64,000 nucleotides of DNA from Opitutaceae bacterium (GTDB lineage Bacteria; Verrucomicrobiota; Verrucomicrobiia; Opitutales; Opitutaceae). This document shows, piece by piece, positions 40,152 to 48,640 of this stretch. How positions within the stretch are numbered: position 1 is the stretch's first letter; the number at the start of each line of letters is the position of its first letter. Under the pieces are notes generated by a model. It was given only the letters and a program-made list of their open reading frames with translations. It ran no database searches and had not been told where the DNA came from. The stretch lies in NCBI GenBank assembly GCA_035568935.1, contig DATMNP010000121.1:6190-70189 (forward strand), written 5' to 3'. The position numbers were made by a program, and so were the translations under genes.

Positions 40152-41557
40152 GCGACGTTTTCCGCCTCCGCGGGAATGCGCGAGGGCTCGAGGGCTGTTT
40201 CCAAGGCATGGCGGCGGCTGCCTTTCATGAAAACCGCGCCGCGAAAACCGGCGAGGCGCGCGCGCACCGCATCGAGGCTCGTGGCGACCTGGATTTGGTC
40301 GGGACGGCCGCCGGCGACAATGGCGCCGGCCTGCACCTCGCGGGCGTGCGGGCCGATGACGACCACATGGTCCCGCTCGCCCAGGCAGAGGGAAAGGCCG
40401 AGCTCGCAGTGGTAGTCCGCCGCGCGCGCGCCGAGTTCCTCCATGCCGCCAAGCACGAGGAGGCGGGGCTCGTCGGCCGGCGCGGTGGCAAAAAACATTT
40501 CCAGCGCATCGGCCATCGAGGCGGGGTTCGCATTGTAGCAATCGAGATAAATCGAGACCCCCTCTTCGCGGCGGAGTTCACCGCGCCACTTCGCGGGCTG
40601 CCAGGCCGCAAGGCGCTCCTGCACGACCTTGGGCGGCACGCCGAGCCAGAGGGCGGAACAGATGGCCAGCGCCGCATTTTGCGCCATGCCATTCGAGATC
40701 CGGCGCAGCGTGAAAATGAGCGGCGGCGGCGGGCCGTACGCAATAGCCAGGACGGTGTTGTCGTCGCGCTGCGACACGGCGAAGAAAACGCGGTCCTTCG
40801 GCGGCTCGGCGGGGCGCAGCACCTCGGCGGGCTCGACCACGAGCGTGCGCACGCCCAGTTCGCGGAACGGGGTGAATTCCGCGCATTGCCGGGGAAAAAC
40901 CGCGATGCCGCTGGCGCGGAGGGCCATGGGCAGCTTAACTTTTTCGCGCGCGACGCCATCGATGTCGCCGAGCTCCTCGATATGCGCGGGGGCGATGAGC
41001 GTGATGAGCGCAAGGTCGGGCTCGATCATCCTGGCCAGCGGGGCCATCTCGCCGGGCGCGCTGATGCCGGCCTCGACGACGGCGAACTTGTGCCGCGCGG
41101 GATCGAGACGCGTGAGCGTGAGCGGGACCCCGAGGTGGTTGTTGAGATTGCCCTCGGTGGCGAGCACGTCGCCGGACTCGCCGCCGAGCAGGAGCGCGAG
41201 GAGATTCTTGGTGGAGGTCTTGCCGCAACTGCCGGAAATGCCGACGACTTTTCCCGGAAAATTTCCGCGGTGTTCGCGGGCGATGGCCTGGAAGGCCGCC
41301 AGCGGATCGGGCACGATGAGCTGCGGCAGCGCGCTGAGCGGGTCGGCCAGTGCGACCAGTGCCGCGCCGGCCCCGGCCGCATACGCCGCATTGAGAAAAT
41401 CGCGTCCGTCCCGCTTGTCGGTTTTCAATGCGACAAAAACCTGGCCGGCGGAAAGCAGGCGCGAATCGATGGCGAACCCCGTCAGCGGCGCCGTGGGCTG
41501 CACGGTCCAAGTGCCACCGGTCCAGGCGGCGAGTTGCATCGGGGAAAAAAGGCTCAT
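40145..41557 (-). CDS. murF: UDP-N-acetylmuramoyl-tripeptide--D-alanyl-D-alanine ligase
   Basis: ISGSCGKTSTK P-loop and DCYNANPASM. Confidence 0.9.
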   Translation of the reverse strand: MSLFSPMQLAAWTGGTWTVQPTAPLTGFAIDSRLLSAGQVFVALKTDKRDGRDFLNAAYAAGAGAALVALADPLSALPQLIVPDPLAAFQAIAREHRGNFPGKVVGISGSCGKTSTKNLLALLLGGESGDVLATEGNLNNHLGVPLTLTRLDPARHKFAVVEAGISAPGEMAPLARMIEPDLALITLIAPAHIEELGDIDGVAREKVKLPMALRASGIAVFPRQCAEFTPFRELGVRTLVVEPAEVLRPAEPPKDRVFFAVSQRDDNTVLAIAYGPPPPLIFTLRRISNGMAQNAALAICSALWLGVPPKVVQERLAAWQPAKWRGELRREEGVSIYLDCYNANPASMADALEMFFATAPADEPRLLVLGGMEELGARAADYHCELGLSLCLGERDHVVVIGPHAREVQAGAIVAGGRPDQIQVATSLDAVRARLAGFRGAVFMKGSRRHALETALEPSRIPAEAENVAC

Positions 41558-41563
41558 CCGGTA

Positions 41564-43129
41564 TTAAGAGTTTATCTTGAGTTGCTTGATGCCGATGAGC
41601 TCCCGGACGACCTGCCGGTCATCGAAGGGAATGACCGTGTCGGCGAACTCCTGGTAACTTTCGTGGCCCTTGCCCGCGACGAGGATGCAGTCGCCGGGCT
41701 TCGCGACGTCGAGCGCGAGGCTCAGCGCGCGGCGGCGGTCGTCAGTCCAGCAGATTTTTTCCGGCGCGGTGACACCGGTTTTCATGTCGGAAAAAATCTG
41801 CGCGAGCGGTTCGCTGCGCGGGTTGTCGGCCGTGGCCCAGGCAAAATCGGCGAAATCCTGCACCGCCCGCGTCATGAGCGGGCGCTTGGTGCGGTCGCGA
41901 TTGCCGCCGCAGCCGAAGACGACGAGCAGGCGGCCAGGCGTGATGGCGCGGAGCATGCCGAGGGCGTTGCGCAGGGCGTCATCGGTGTGCGCATAGTCCA
42001 CCAACACGTTGAAGTCCTGGCCTTCCTCGATCCGTTCCATGCGGCCGGGCACGCCGCGAAACGTGGCGAGGCTCGCGAGAAAAACCTTCGGGTCCCGGCC
42101 GAGCGCCCAGGCCGTGGCGGTGGCGGCGAGGAGGTTGCTGATGTTGTAGCGGCCGATGAACGGGGAATCGACGTCGGCCGAGTCTTCAACGGTGCCGGAG
42201 TGGGCGCCGCCGACCCTGCCGGACTCGTCGCCGCCGGCCTGCCCGCCGAAGCCTGGGCGAAGGCGGGGCCAGGCGAGGCGGAACGTCGTGTTCTTGAAAT
42301 TGAGCGCAATATTCTCGGCCCGCACATCGGCGCGGGGATTTTCGCCAAAGGTGACGACGCGGACGGCCGCGGGAATCCTGGCGACGAGTTCCGCGCCATG
42401 CGGATCGTCGAGGTTGACGACCGCGAGGCCCGGCACCGGGCCGACTTCGCCTGTGAAGAGGCGCGTTTTCACCGCGAAATAGGCCTCGAGGGTCTGGTGG
42501 TAATCGAGATGGTCGCGCGTGAGGTTGGTGAAAACGGCGGCGGCAAACTGCAGGCCGAGGACCCGCTGCTGGTCGATGCCGTGCGAACTGACCTCCATCA
42601 CGGCATGGCGGCAGCCGGCGTCGCGCATCTGCGCGAGCATGCCGAAGAGGTCGACGGCCTCGGGCGTCGTCTTGAACGATGGCACGCTGCGCGCACCGAG
42701 GTCGTAATTGATGGTGCCGATGAGGCCGGTGCGACCCTCGTTATCCAGGAAATGCTTGGTCAGGTGCGCGACCGTGGTCTTGCCGTTGGTGCCCGTGACA
42801 CCGATCACGCCGAGGTCGCGGTCGGGAAATTTATAGTAACGCCGGGCGACGCGGGCCAGCGCGGCCCGGGCATTGGCCACCTGGAGAAAAACGACCTTGG
42901 CATGCGGATGCACCGGCGGTTTTTCCGTGACGACCGCCACGGCTCCCCGGCCGATGGCTTCGTCAATGAAGCTGGCGCCATCGGCCCGGTGGCCGGGCAG
43001 CGCAAAGAAGAGGTTGCCGGGCACGACGCGACGGCTATCCATCACGAGGCCGGAGATGGGCCGGTCAAGCGCACCCTTCACGGCGACAAGTTCGCCGTCC
43101 TCAAAGAGATCCTGGAGTTTGGGAGCCAT
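41564..43129 (-). CDS. murE: UDP-N-acetylmuramoyl-L-alanyl-D-glutamate--2,6-diaminopimelate ligase
   Basis: DSRRVVPGNLFFALPG, VTGTNGKTT, and DNPR near the C-terminus. ATG 43129 is preferred over the GTG at 43234. Confidence 0.9.
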   Translation of the reverse strand: MAPKLQDLFEDGELVAVKGALDRPISGLVMDSRRVVPGNLFFALPGHRADGASFIDEAIGRGAVAVVTEKPPVHPHAKVVFLQVANARAALARVARRYYKFPDRDLGVIGVTGTNGKTTVAHLTKHFLDNEGRTGLIGTINYDLGARSVPSFKTTPEAVDLFGMLAQMRDAGCRHAVMEVSSHGIDQQRVLGLQFAAAVFTNLTRDHLDYHQTLEAYFAVKTRLFTGEVGPVPGLAVVNLDDPHGAELVARIPAAVRVVTFGENPRADVRAENIALNFKNTTFRLAWPRLRPGFGGQAGGDESGRVGGAHSGTVEDSADVDSPFIGRYNISNLLAATATAWALGRDPKVFLASLATFRGVPGRMERIEEGQDFNVLVDYAHTDDALRNALGMLRAITPGRLLVVFGCGGNRDRTKRPLMTRAVQDFADFAWATADNPRSEPLAQIFSDMKTGVTAPEKICWTDDRRRALSLALDVAKPGDCILVAGKGHESYQEFADTVIPFDDRQVVRELIGIKQLKINS

Positions 43130-43230
43130 GCGGAAAATATTTGAAACAAACTTAACCTCTTTTCGCGTGCGGCCAAGGGGTCGGGTCTGAAAGGCGTGGA
43201 TGAGCGGATAGTTATGGACGAGATAGCCGA

Positions 43231-45081
43231 TCACCGCAGGCCTCCTTCCATCGCAAACTGTGACCCTGCGGACGCGACCGGGGGCTGGATGTTGAGATAC
43301 TGGATAAGTTGCTCACCGAGGCGCTTGAAGACAGGAGCAGCCACGATATTGCCGTAAGCCGTGCCGCCAGGAGTGCCGGCGTCGGCGTCATCCACGATGA
43401 CGGTGATGGCGACCTGCGGATTGCTGGCGGGAAAAAAACCGACGAACGACGCGATGTGGTGGCGTTCCGAATAATGGCCGTTGATGATTTTTTGCGCGGT
43501 GCCGGTTTTGCCGGCGACCTCAAAGCCGGGGATCGCGGCCTGGGGCGCCGTGCCGTCGGGCGAAGCGACGCCCATCAGCAGGCGGGCCATGGTCTGCGCG
43601 GTGCGTTCACTGATGACGCGGCGCTTCACCAAGGGCGTGAATTGATAGACCACCTGGCCATCGGTATCGCGGATTTGTTTCACAACCTGCGGGCGCATCA
43701 ACACGCCGCCGCTGGCGATCACACCCATGGCGCAATGAATCTGCATGGGGGTGACCGCGACGGACTGCCCCATGGGCATGCGCGTGATTGTCAGGCCGTC
43801 CCATTTCGACGGCGGCGCCATCTCGCCCGCGATCTCGCCACCGACCGGAAACCCGGTGAGCTGGCCGAAGCCAAAGGCGCGGGCGTAATCATAAAATTTT
43901 TGCGCGCCGAGCAATATGCCGAGTTGCGCCGCGCCTTTGTTCGACGACTTCGCCACGATCTCGGCCACGGTGAGCGGGGCGTCAAAATGGTCCGACTTGT
44001 CCTCGCGCGGCAGGCGGCGCAAGATGCCATTGCAGGCGACGGACTCGAGCGTGCAGTCGAACGTGGTCGCGGGCGACACCAGTCCTTCGTTGAGCGCGGC
44101 GGAAGCGGCGACGATTTTGAACGTGGAGCCCGGCTCCATCATGTCGGCCACCGCCGTATTGCGCTGCGCATCGAGGCTGGCCTTGTTGTAGTCGTTGACG
44201 TTGAACGTGGGCCAGTTGCCCAGCGCGAGAAGAAAGCCGGTGCGCGGGTCGCTGATAATGATCGTGGCTTTAAGCGGGTGATATTTGTCGGCGATTTTTT
44301 GCAGCTCCTCCTCGACCATGTGCTGCACCACCGTGTCGATCGACAGGACGGTGCCGTAGCCATCGGACGGGGCGACGGCGCGCGAACGAAACTGGGCAAG
44401 CTCGTGGCGCAAGCCATCGCGCTCGGACTCAAGCCAGCCATTTTGGCCGCGCAGGTAAAAATCCAGGTAGCGCTCAAGGCCGGTGACGGGGTCGCCTTCC
44501 TTGTTCACATAGCCGATGACATGGGCGGCCAGCTGGTTCTGCGGATACGCCCGCGAGTAAATGCGGCTGCCGTAAACGCCGCGGATGTTCAGCGCCTTGA
44601 CCTGGTCATAGGTGGACTCGTCCACGGAATCGCTGAGTTTGACCCAATGGACCTCGTGCGTGTCGTCCGCGGAAACAATTTCCTGGGCATCGGCGTCATT
44701 GTCCCCGTGGGTCCCGGCTGACAGGCGGGTTTTTTCCGTAAACTTTTTCTGCAACTCGGCGAGCGGCTGGCCCAGCAAACCGGCCAGCGCGGGCCATTTC
44801 GCTTCGTCTTCCTTGGCCAGCGCCGACGGGTCGACGCCGAGGACGACGAGCGAGCGGCTGCTGGCCAGCAGGCTGCCGTGCACATCGAGGATGTCGCCGC
44901 GGCGCGCATTCTGGACGATGATTTCGTCACGGGCTTTTTCAATGTAGCTGAGAAATTTTGCGCGCTGCAGCACATGCAGCGAGACCAGCCGGGTGCCAAT
45001 GCCGGCGAGGCTGGCCAGGATGGCAGCGGCGACGAGGGCGATGCGGTAATTCGATGCGAAACCTCTCGACATGGCCCTCAC
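43231..45081 (-). CDS. ftsI: Penicillin-binding protein (class B transpeptidase, FtsI-type)
   Basis: STFK, SSN and KTGT motifs. The start is GTG 45081 (overlapping the ftsL stop) or ATG 45072. Confidence 0.9.
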   Translation of the reverse strand: MRAMSRGFASNYRIALVAAAILASLAGIGTRLVSLHVLQRAKFLSYIEKARDEIIVQNARRGDILDVHGSLLASSRSLVVLGVDPSALAKEDEAKWPALAGLLGQPLAELQKKFTEKTRLSAGTHGDNDADAQEIVSADDTHEVHWVKLSDSVDESTYDQVKALNIRGVYGSRIYSRAYPQNQLAAHVIGYVNKEGDPVTGLERYLDFYLRGQNGWLESERDGLRHELAQFRSRAVAPSDGYGTVLSIDTVVQHMVEEELQKIADKYHPLKATIIISDPRTGFLLALGNWPTFNVNDYNKASLDAQRNTAVADMMEPGSTFKIVAASAALNEGLVSPATTFDCTLESVACNGILRRLPREDKSDHFDAPLTVAEIVAKSSNKGAAQLGILLGAQKFYDYARAFGFGQLTGFPVGGEIAGEMAPPSKWDGLTITRMPMGQSVAVTPMQIHCAMGVIASGGVLMRPQVVKQIRDTDGQVVYQFTPLVKRRVISERTAQTMARLLMGVASPDGTAPQAAIPGFEVAGKTGTAQKIINGHYSERHHIASFVGFFPASNPQVAITVIVDDADAGTPGGTAYGNIVAAPVFKRLGEQLIQYLNIQPPVASAGSQFAMEGGLR

Positions 45082-45482
45082 CGCGCCCCCCCGAGATTGA
45101 AGACCGCGGGCGCGACCGCCGGCCCGTCACTGGCGGCATAAAGTTCGGCGTGATTCTTCGCCATCAGGCGCTGCTCGACGTCGTCGGGCACGCGCACGAC
45201 CTGGGGCTCGCGCGGCGGTACGAGGCCGAGGTGCCACTCGGCATTGCGGCGCACGAGCGCATCGGGCGACTGTTCGGCCGCAATGGCGGCGGTCGTCTCG
45301 TCAATGTGGCGGTCGATTTCGGCGAGCCGCGTCTCCAGCTGCTTGTTCTGGTTGGCGGTGAGCGAAATGGCATGGCGCAGCCACACGGTGCTGAAACCCA
45401 GCGAGCCGCTGAAGCAAATCATCACCAGCGCTCCGATCAGCATCTGGTTAACGAAAGCGTGGTTCGAGGATTTGTTCATCAT
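45078..45482 (-). CDS. ftsL: FtsL-like division protein
   Basis: Position between rsmH and ftsI, with one TM (MLIGALVMICFSG) followed by a coiled-coil-like stretch. Confidence 0.6.
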   Translation of the reverse strand: MMNKSSNHAFVNQMLIGALVMICFSGSLGFSTVWLRHAISLTANQNKQLETRLAEIDRHIDETTAAIAAEQSPDALVRRNAEWHLGLVPPREPQVVRVPDDVEQRLMAKNHAELYAASDGPAVAPAVFNLGGAR

Positions 45483-45491
45483 CGCGGTGGT

Positions 45492-46415
45492 TTATAGTTT
45501 GCGCAGGGCGCGGAGCTTGGCGCTGCGGCTGCGGGGGTTGGCGGCGAGTTCGGCCTCGCCCGGCGTCACGGGACGGCGCGTGAGCGGCTCGGCGAATTTT
45601 TCGCGGAACTGCTGCGGCGTGGCGTCGTCGGCGCTCTCAGGCTGGCCGCACTGGCGGCGGAAGAATTGCTTCACGATGCGGTCTTCGAGCGAATGAAAGC
45701 TGATGACGCAGAGCCCGCCGCCGGGCGCGAGCTTGGCAAAGGCCACGGGCAGCGCGCGCTCGAGCGCGCCGAGTTCGTCGTTGACCGCGATGCGCAGGCC
45801 CTGGAAGGCGCGCGTCGCGGGATGGATTTTCATGGTGCGGCGGTCGCGCGCCGGAATGGCGTCGGAGATGAGCGAGGCGAGGCTCGACGTGCGCTCGAGT
45901 GCGCCGGTGCCCCGAGCGGCGATCAACGCGCGCACGACGCGGCGCCAGTGCGGTTCCTCGCCGTAATCGCGGATCGCGCGCACCAGCATGTCCTCGGTGG
46001 CGGTCTCGAGCCACCGCGCGGCCGAAACGCCGGCGCGCGGATCCATGCGCATGTCGGCCGGCGCATCGGTGCGGAAGGAAAAACCCCTCTCCGCGTCGTC
46101 GAATTGGAAAGAAGACACGCCGAGGTCGAAGAGAATGCCGTCAAAATGGGCCGCGGGAATTTTCCCGAGCCCGCCAAAGTCGAGGTCAAGCAGCGCAAAA
46201 CGTCCCTCAAATTCGACATGCAGCGGCTCGGCCCGGGCCGCCGCAGCCGGGTCGCGGTCGAGCGCGAGGACATTCACCTCGGGCGCGGCGTTGAGCAGCG
46301 CGCGGGTGTGGCCGCCTCCGCCAAAGGTGCAGTCGAGGTAACGGCCACCAGACCGCGGCCCGAGGAACTCCAACACCTCGTTCAGCAGGACAGGCTGGTG
46401 GCCGGTTGATGACAT
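45492..46415 (-). CDS. rsmH: 16S rRNA (cytosine1402-N4)-methyltransferase
   Basis: [30 protein letters not shown] and [11 protein letters not shown]. Start moved to ATG 46415. Confidence 0.95.
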   Translation of the reverse strand: MSSTGHQPVLLNEVLEFLGPRSGGRYLDCTFGGGGHTRALLNAAPEVNVLALDRDPAAAARAEPLHVEFEGRFALLDLDFGGLGKIPAAHFDGILFDLGVSSFQFDDAERGFSFRTDAPADMRMDPRAGVSAARWLETATEDMLVRAIRDYGEEPHWRRVVRALIAARGTGALERTSSLASLISDAIPARDRRTMKIHPATRAFQGLRIAVNDELGALERALPVAFAKLAPGGGLCVISFHSLEDRIVKQFFRRQCGQPESADDATPQQFREKFAEPLTRRPVTPGEAELAANPRSRSAKLRALRKL

Positions 46416-46726
46416 GGCCGGCGTAATGAAGTCAGTGTGCGCGCCGCGCATGCAAAGATTCCGGAGCAAAGAAGTTGGCGGTGCGGGAGAAGACACAACG
46501 CAGCGTGAGGTTGTCGCGCACGCGCGGCATGACCGGGCTGAGTGAACGGGCGGCCGAAGCGCCGTCCGTGTCGATCCAGGCAGGAAAACCCTGGCGTGAT
46601 CCGAAAGCGGCTGCGCCGAACAGTGGCAGTCGCGAGTGCTGTCTTTTGGTGGATGTGTTCATGAGCAATCTCTGGTTGGTTGTTGGCTGATGCTCGTTGA
46701 AGCGGCGTGGATGATTGGCTGACTGG

Positions 46727-47179
46727 CTAGATTCCGATGCGGCGCATGAGGTCGCCGAAGTTTTCTCCCGAGGTGCGCACCTCGACCTTGGTCCAGCGGT
46801 CGGGCGCCCAGATGGCGAATTTGTTGAGCGAGCCGACCAGGACGGCGTCTTTCGCGATCCCGGCGTACTTCAGGAGTTCGGCGCTCACGCCGAAGCGGCC
46901 CTGCTTGTCGAAGCTGAAGGAAAGGGTCTGCGCGAAGAAACGCGCGAAGGCGTCCTGCGCGTCGCGATCGGTGAGCGCCTTGGCGGAAACTTTTTCGTGG
47001 AGCTTCTCGACCTCGGCCGGCGGGAGCACGGCGATGTAACCGTCGGGGTGCGGCGTGGCCAGGAACGTATCGGTCTCTTCGTGCGCAAAACGCCAGGCCG
47101 ACGGAATCGTGAGGCGACTCTTATCGTCAAGGGTGTGCCGGAAGAGGCCGGTATAAAAAGGTTTGCCGTTTTGAGCCAT
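46727..47179 (-). CDS. mraZ: Transcriptional regulator MraZ
   Basis: Two SpoVT/AbrB-like halves carry DDKSRLTIPS and DKQGRFGVSA (DxxxR motifs). Start at ATG 47179. Confidence 0.9.
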   Translation of the reverse strand: MAQNGKPFYTGLFRHTLDDKSRLTIPSAWRFAHEETDTFLATPHPDGYIAVLPPAEVEKLHEKVSAKALTDRDAQDAFARFFAQTLSFSFDKQGRFGVSAELLKYAGIAKDAVLVGSLNKFAIWAPDRWTKVEVRTSGENFGDLMRRIGI

Positions 47180-47202
47180 GAAGGGACGGTGTAGCACAAG
47201 TG

Positions 47203-47238
47203 CCCCACCATCCCCCATTATTCCCCATATTAACCCAC
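47203..47238 (-). promoter_or_regulatory. Putative MraZ operator: four TGGG(G) direct repeats with exact 10-bp phasing
   Basis: On the plus strand, ccca occurs at 47204, 47214, 47224 and 47234. This is 25-58 nt upstream of the mraZ ATG. A TTGACT -35-like hexamer lies at 47247-47242 on the minus strand. Confidence 0.55.
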
Positions 47239-47281
47239 CGAAGTCAAGAAAACTCCTGCCCGTTTACGTAGTTTTTTGGGG

Positions 47282-47369
47282 AAAATTTGCGCTGAGACCG
47301 AAAGGTTGAGCCGTTTCAAGTTTCAGTGGAATGATCCCGAATTATCCTGAACGATTGCGAAGGCCAATG
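47282..47369 (+). repeat. Direct repeat, left copy (partner 57174-57250)
   Basis: aaaatttgcgctgagaccgaaaggttgagccgtttcaagtttcagtggaat[gatcccgaatt]atcctgaacgattgcgaaggccaatg. It is near-identical to the right copy apart from an 11-nt indel and a few substitutions. Confidence 0.85.
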
Positions 47370-47467
47370 AGTTATAAAATCAGCGGCGGCCTTCGGAAAA
47401 AATGAATCTGTAGCACCAAAGAAAATCCGTAGCATTTTCCATGTCCAGCGCTGTCCCACCATTCGCA

Positions 47468-47500
47468 TTTGTAACACACGTAAATTAATGTGTTAACAAA
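47468..47500. promoter_or_regulatory. Near-palindromic site tttgtaacacac-N9-tgtgttaacaaa (candidate operator / end-binding site)
   Basis: The TTGTAAC half-site recurs at 48227-48233 in the divergent promoter region, and inverted at 57151-57157. Confidence 0.35.
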
Positions 47501-47522
47501 TCACTCGGACATTTCGCCGCGC

Positions 47523-47549
47523 AAAACGGCTCAAGTTTTCAGTCTCAGC
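47523..47549 (-). repeat. Inverted partial copy of the repeat core
   Basis: aaaacggctcaagttttcagtctcagc is close to the reverse complement of gctgagaccgaaaggttgagccgtttc (47291-47317 and 57182-57208). Confidence 0.7.
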
Positions 47550-47650
47550 TTGGGGTGGGACGAGGGACATGGTTTGCATCGTCCCGATTTAGGCAAACCG
47601 GTGGCCAATGTTGAGGCCTCGACAAATTTCGAGACGCAGCCGTCGACCTT

Positions 47651-48211
47651 CTATAGCGAATGAGGCCTATTTGTGATTTTTTTGGTTTTGGCAATTGCTA
47701 ATCGGATCTCCTCCAATTGAGCCATGACCGAAGCAGCCTGTTCCATAGCTTGGCGCGGATCCGGGTTGTTTTTCACATGTTCTATTAGATCCGCAAGCGT
47801 CTGGGCAAATTGCTTTGTGCCACGAGTCAGTTTGTACCGCGACGATCTAATCAGCGGGACGAAACAGCTGTCATAAATTTCGCTAAACCGGCCTTTTTGT
47901 GCTGCCGACTTAGCCGGTTCAGAAAATGTGACGGGGATATAATGATCGAGCTTGCCGTGGCCAGTTGCTAACCACGCTTGGCTGACGTTCAGCACCTCAC
48001 ACACTCGGTCGCCTACAATCCACGGAAGAGGTACGCGCCCATGCTCATAGCTCGATAACCTGTCGCTGCTCACACCAATTCTGACGGCTAGAGCTGATCG
48101 CTTTGCGAGGCAGTTCTCACGTATATCGCGCAATCTTTGGCCGATTGCCTTCTCTCTTTCTGGAACTGGATTTTGCCTGGGCACGATAAAATCATTGGTC
48201 TCCCCCAACAT
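47651..48211 (-). CDS. XRE/cI-type repressor
   Basis: HTH IGQRLRDIRENCLAKRSALAVRIGVSSDRLSSYEHG. Divergent from the Ner-like gene. Start taken at ATG 48211 (MLGETNDF). Confidence 0.65.
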   Translation of the reverse strand: MLGETNDFIVPRQNPVPEREKAIGQRLRDIRENCLAKRSALAVRIGVSSDRLSSYEHGRVPLPWIVGDRVCEVLNVSQAWLATGHGKLDHYIPVTFSEPAKSAAQKGRFSEIYDSCFVPLIRSSRYKLTRGTKQFAQTLADLIEHVKNNPDPRQAMEQAASVMAQLEEIRLAIAKTKKITNRPHSL

Positions 48212-48253
48212 AGTGCAAGATTGCGCTTGTAACGTACACAGAAACACGGAAAC
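48212..48253. promoter_or_regulatory. Divergent control region between the repressor and Ner-like genes
   Basis: A 42-nt spacer containing cttgtaacgtacacag. Confidence 0.4.
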
Positions 48254-48640
48254 ATGATTCTCGTGACCCAAGGCACGACTACACTCAGGGCTATTCTCGC
48301 CATGCGCGGTCTTTCGCATTCTTATCTTGCAAATCAAATCGGTCTATCCCGCGGCACCGTCAAAAACATCTCATGTGGAAGCAGCCCTAGTCTACGTGGC
48401 CGGAGTAAGATCGAGAATTTTTTAGGGATTCCTATTGCGTGGCCTACACGACTGCCTCGCAAAAATGCCACCGGCTTCCAGATCACTTGCGCCGCACCAG
48501 CAAACACACTGCAGGGATCGAAATCCGAGCTTCCCCTACCCTTGCCATCTGAGCCTGTAACACGGGACAGCGTGGACGGGGTCGGTCACTCACAGAGCCA
48601 CAACAAAATCCTGGAAATAATCAATGAGCAGCCTGGTTGA
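48254..48640 (+). CDS. Ner-like DNA-binding protein
   Basis: LRAILAMRGLSHSYLANQIGLSRGTVKNISCG...IENFLGIPIAWPTR parallels the phage Mu Ner pattern (...LS.SALSRQ.G....T..N......I.N.L.....IWPSR). Confidence 0.6.
   Translation: MILVTQGTTTLRAILAMRGLSHSYLANQIGLSRGTVKNISCGSSPSLRGRSKIENFLGIPIAWPTRLPRKNATGFQITCAAPANTLQGSKSELPLPLPSEPVTRDSVDGVGHSQSHNKILEIINEQPG

Noticed and set aside
39030-40541. Long N-terminal extensions in the ORF track for mraY. The same occurs for ddl to 31821, ftsW to 36758, mnmA from 12037, the DUF4013-like gene to 4030, rsmH to 46496 and mraZ to 47218.
   Set aside because: The extensions are R/P/G-rich, overlap the upstream gene or the operator, and precede a Met that matches the conserved family N-terminus. 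Starts were moved to those Mets.
41564-43234. murE starting at GTG 43234, overlapping the ftsI stop.
   Set aside because: The extra 35 aa (MIGYLVHNYPLIHAFQTRPLGRTRKEVKFVSNIFR) come from an A/T-richer, intergenic-looking stretch. ATG 43129 gives the usual distance to the DSR motif. The longer form is not excluded.
47242-47247. TTGACT -35-like hexamer upstream of the MraZ operator as the dcw promoter.
   Set aside because: The best -10-like hexamer (AATAAT) is 19 nt away, and other spacings give poor hexamers. It is mentioned as a candidate only and not called as a feature.
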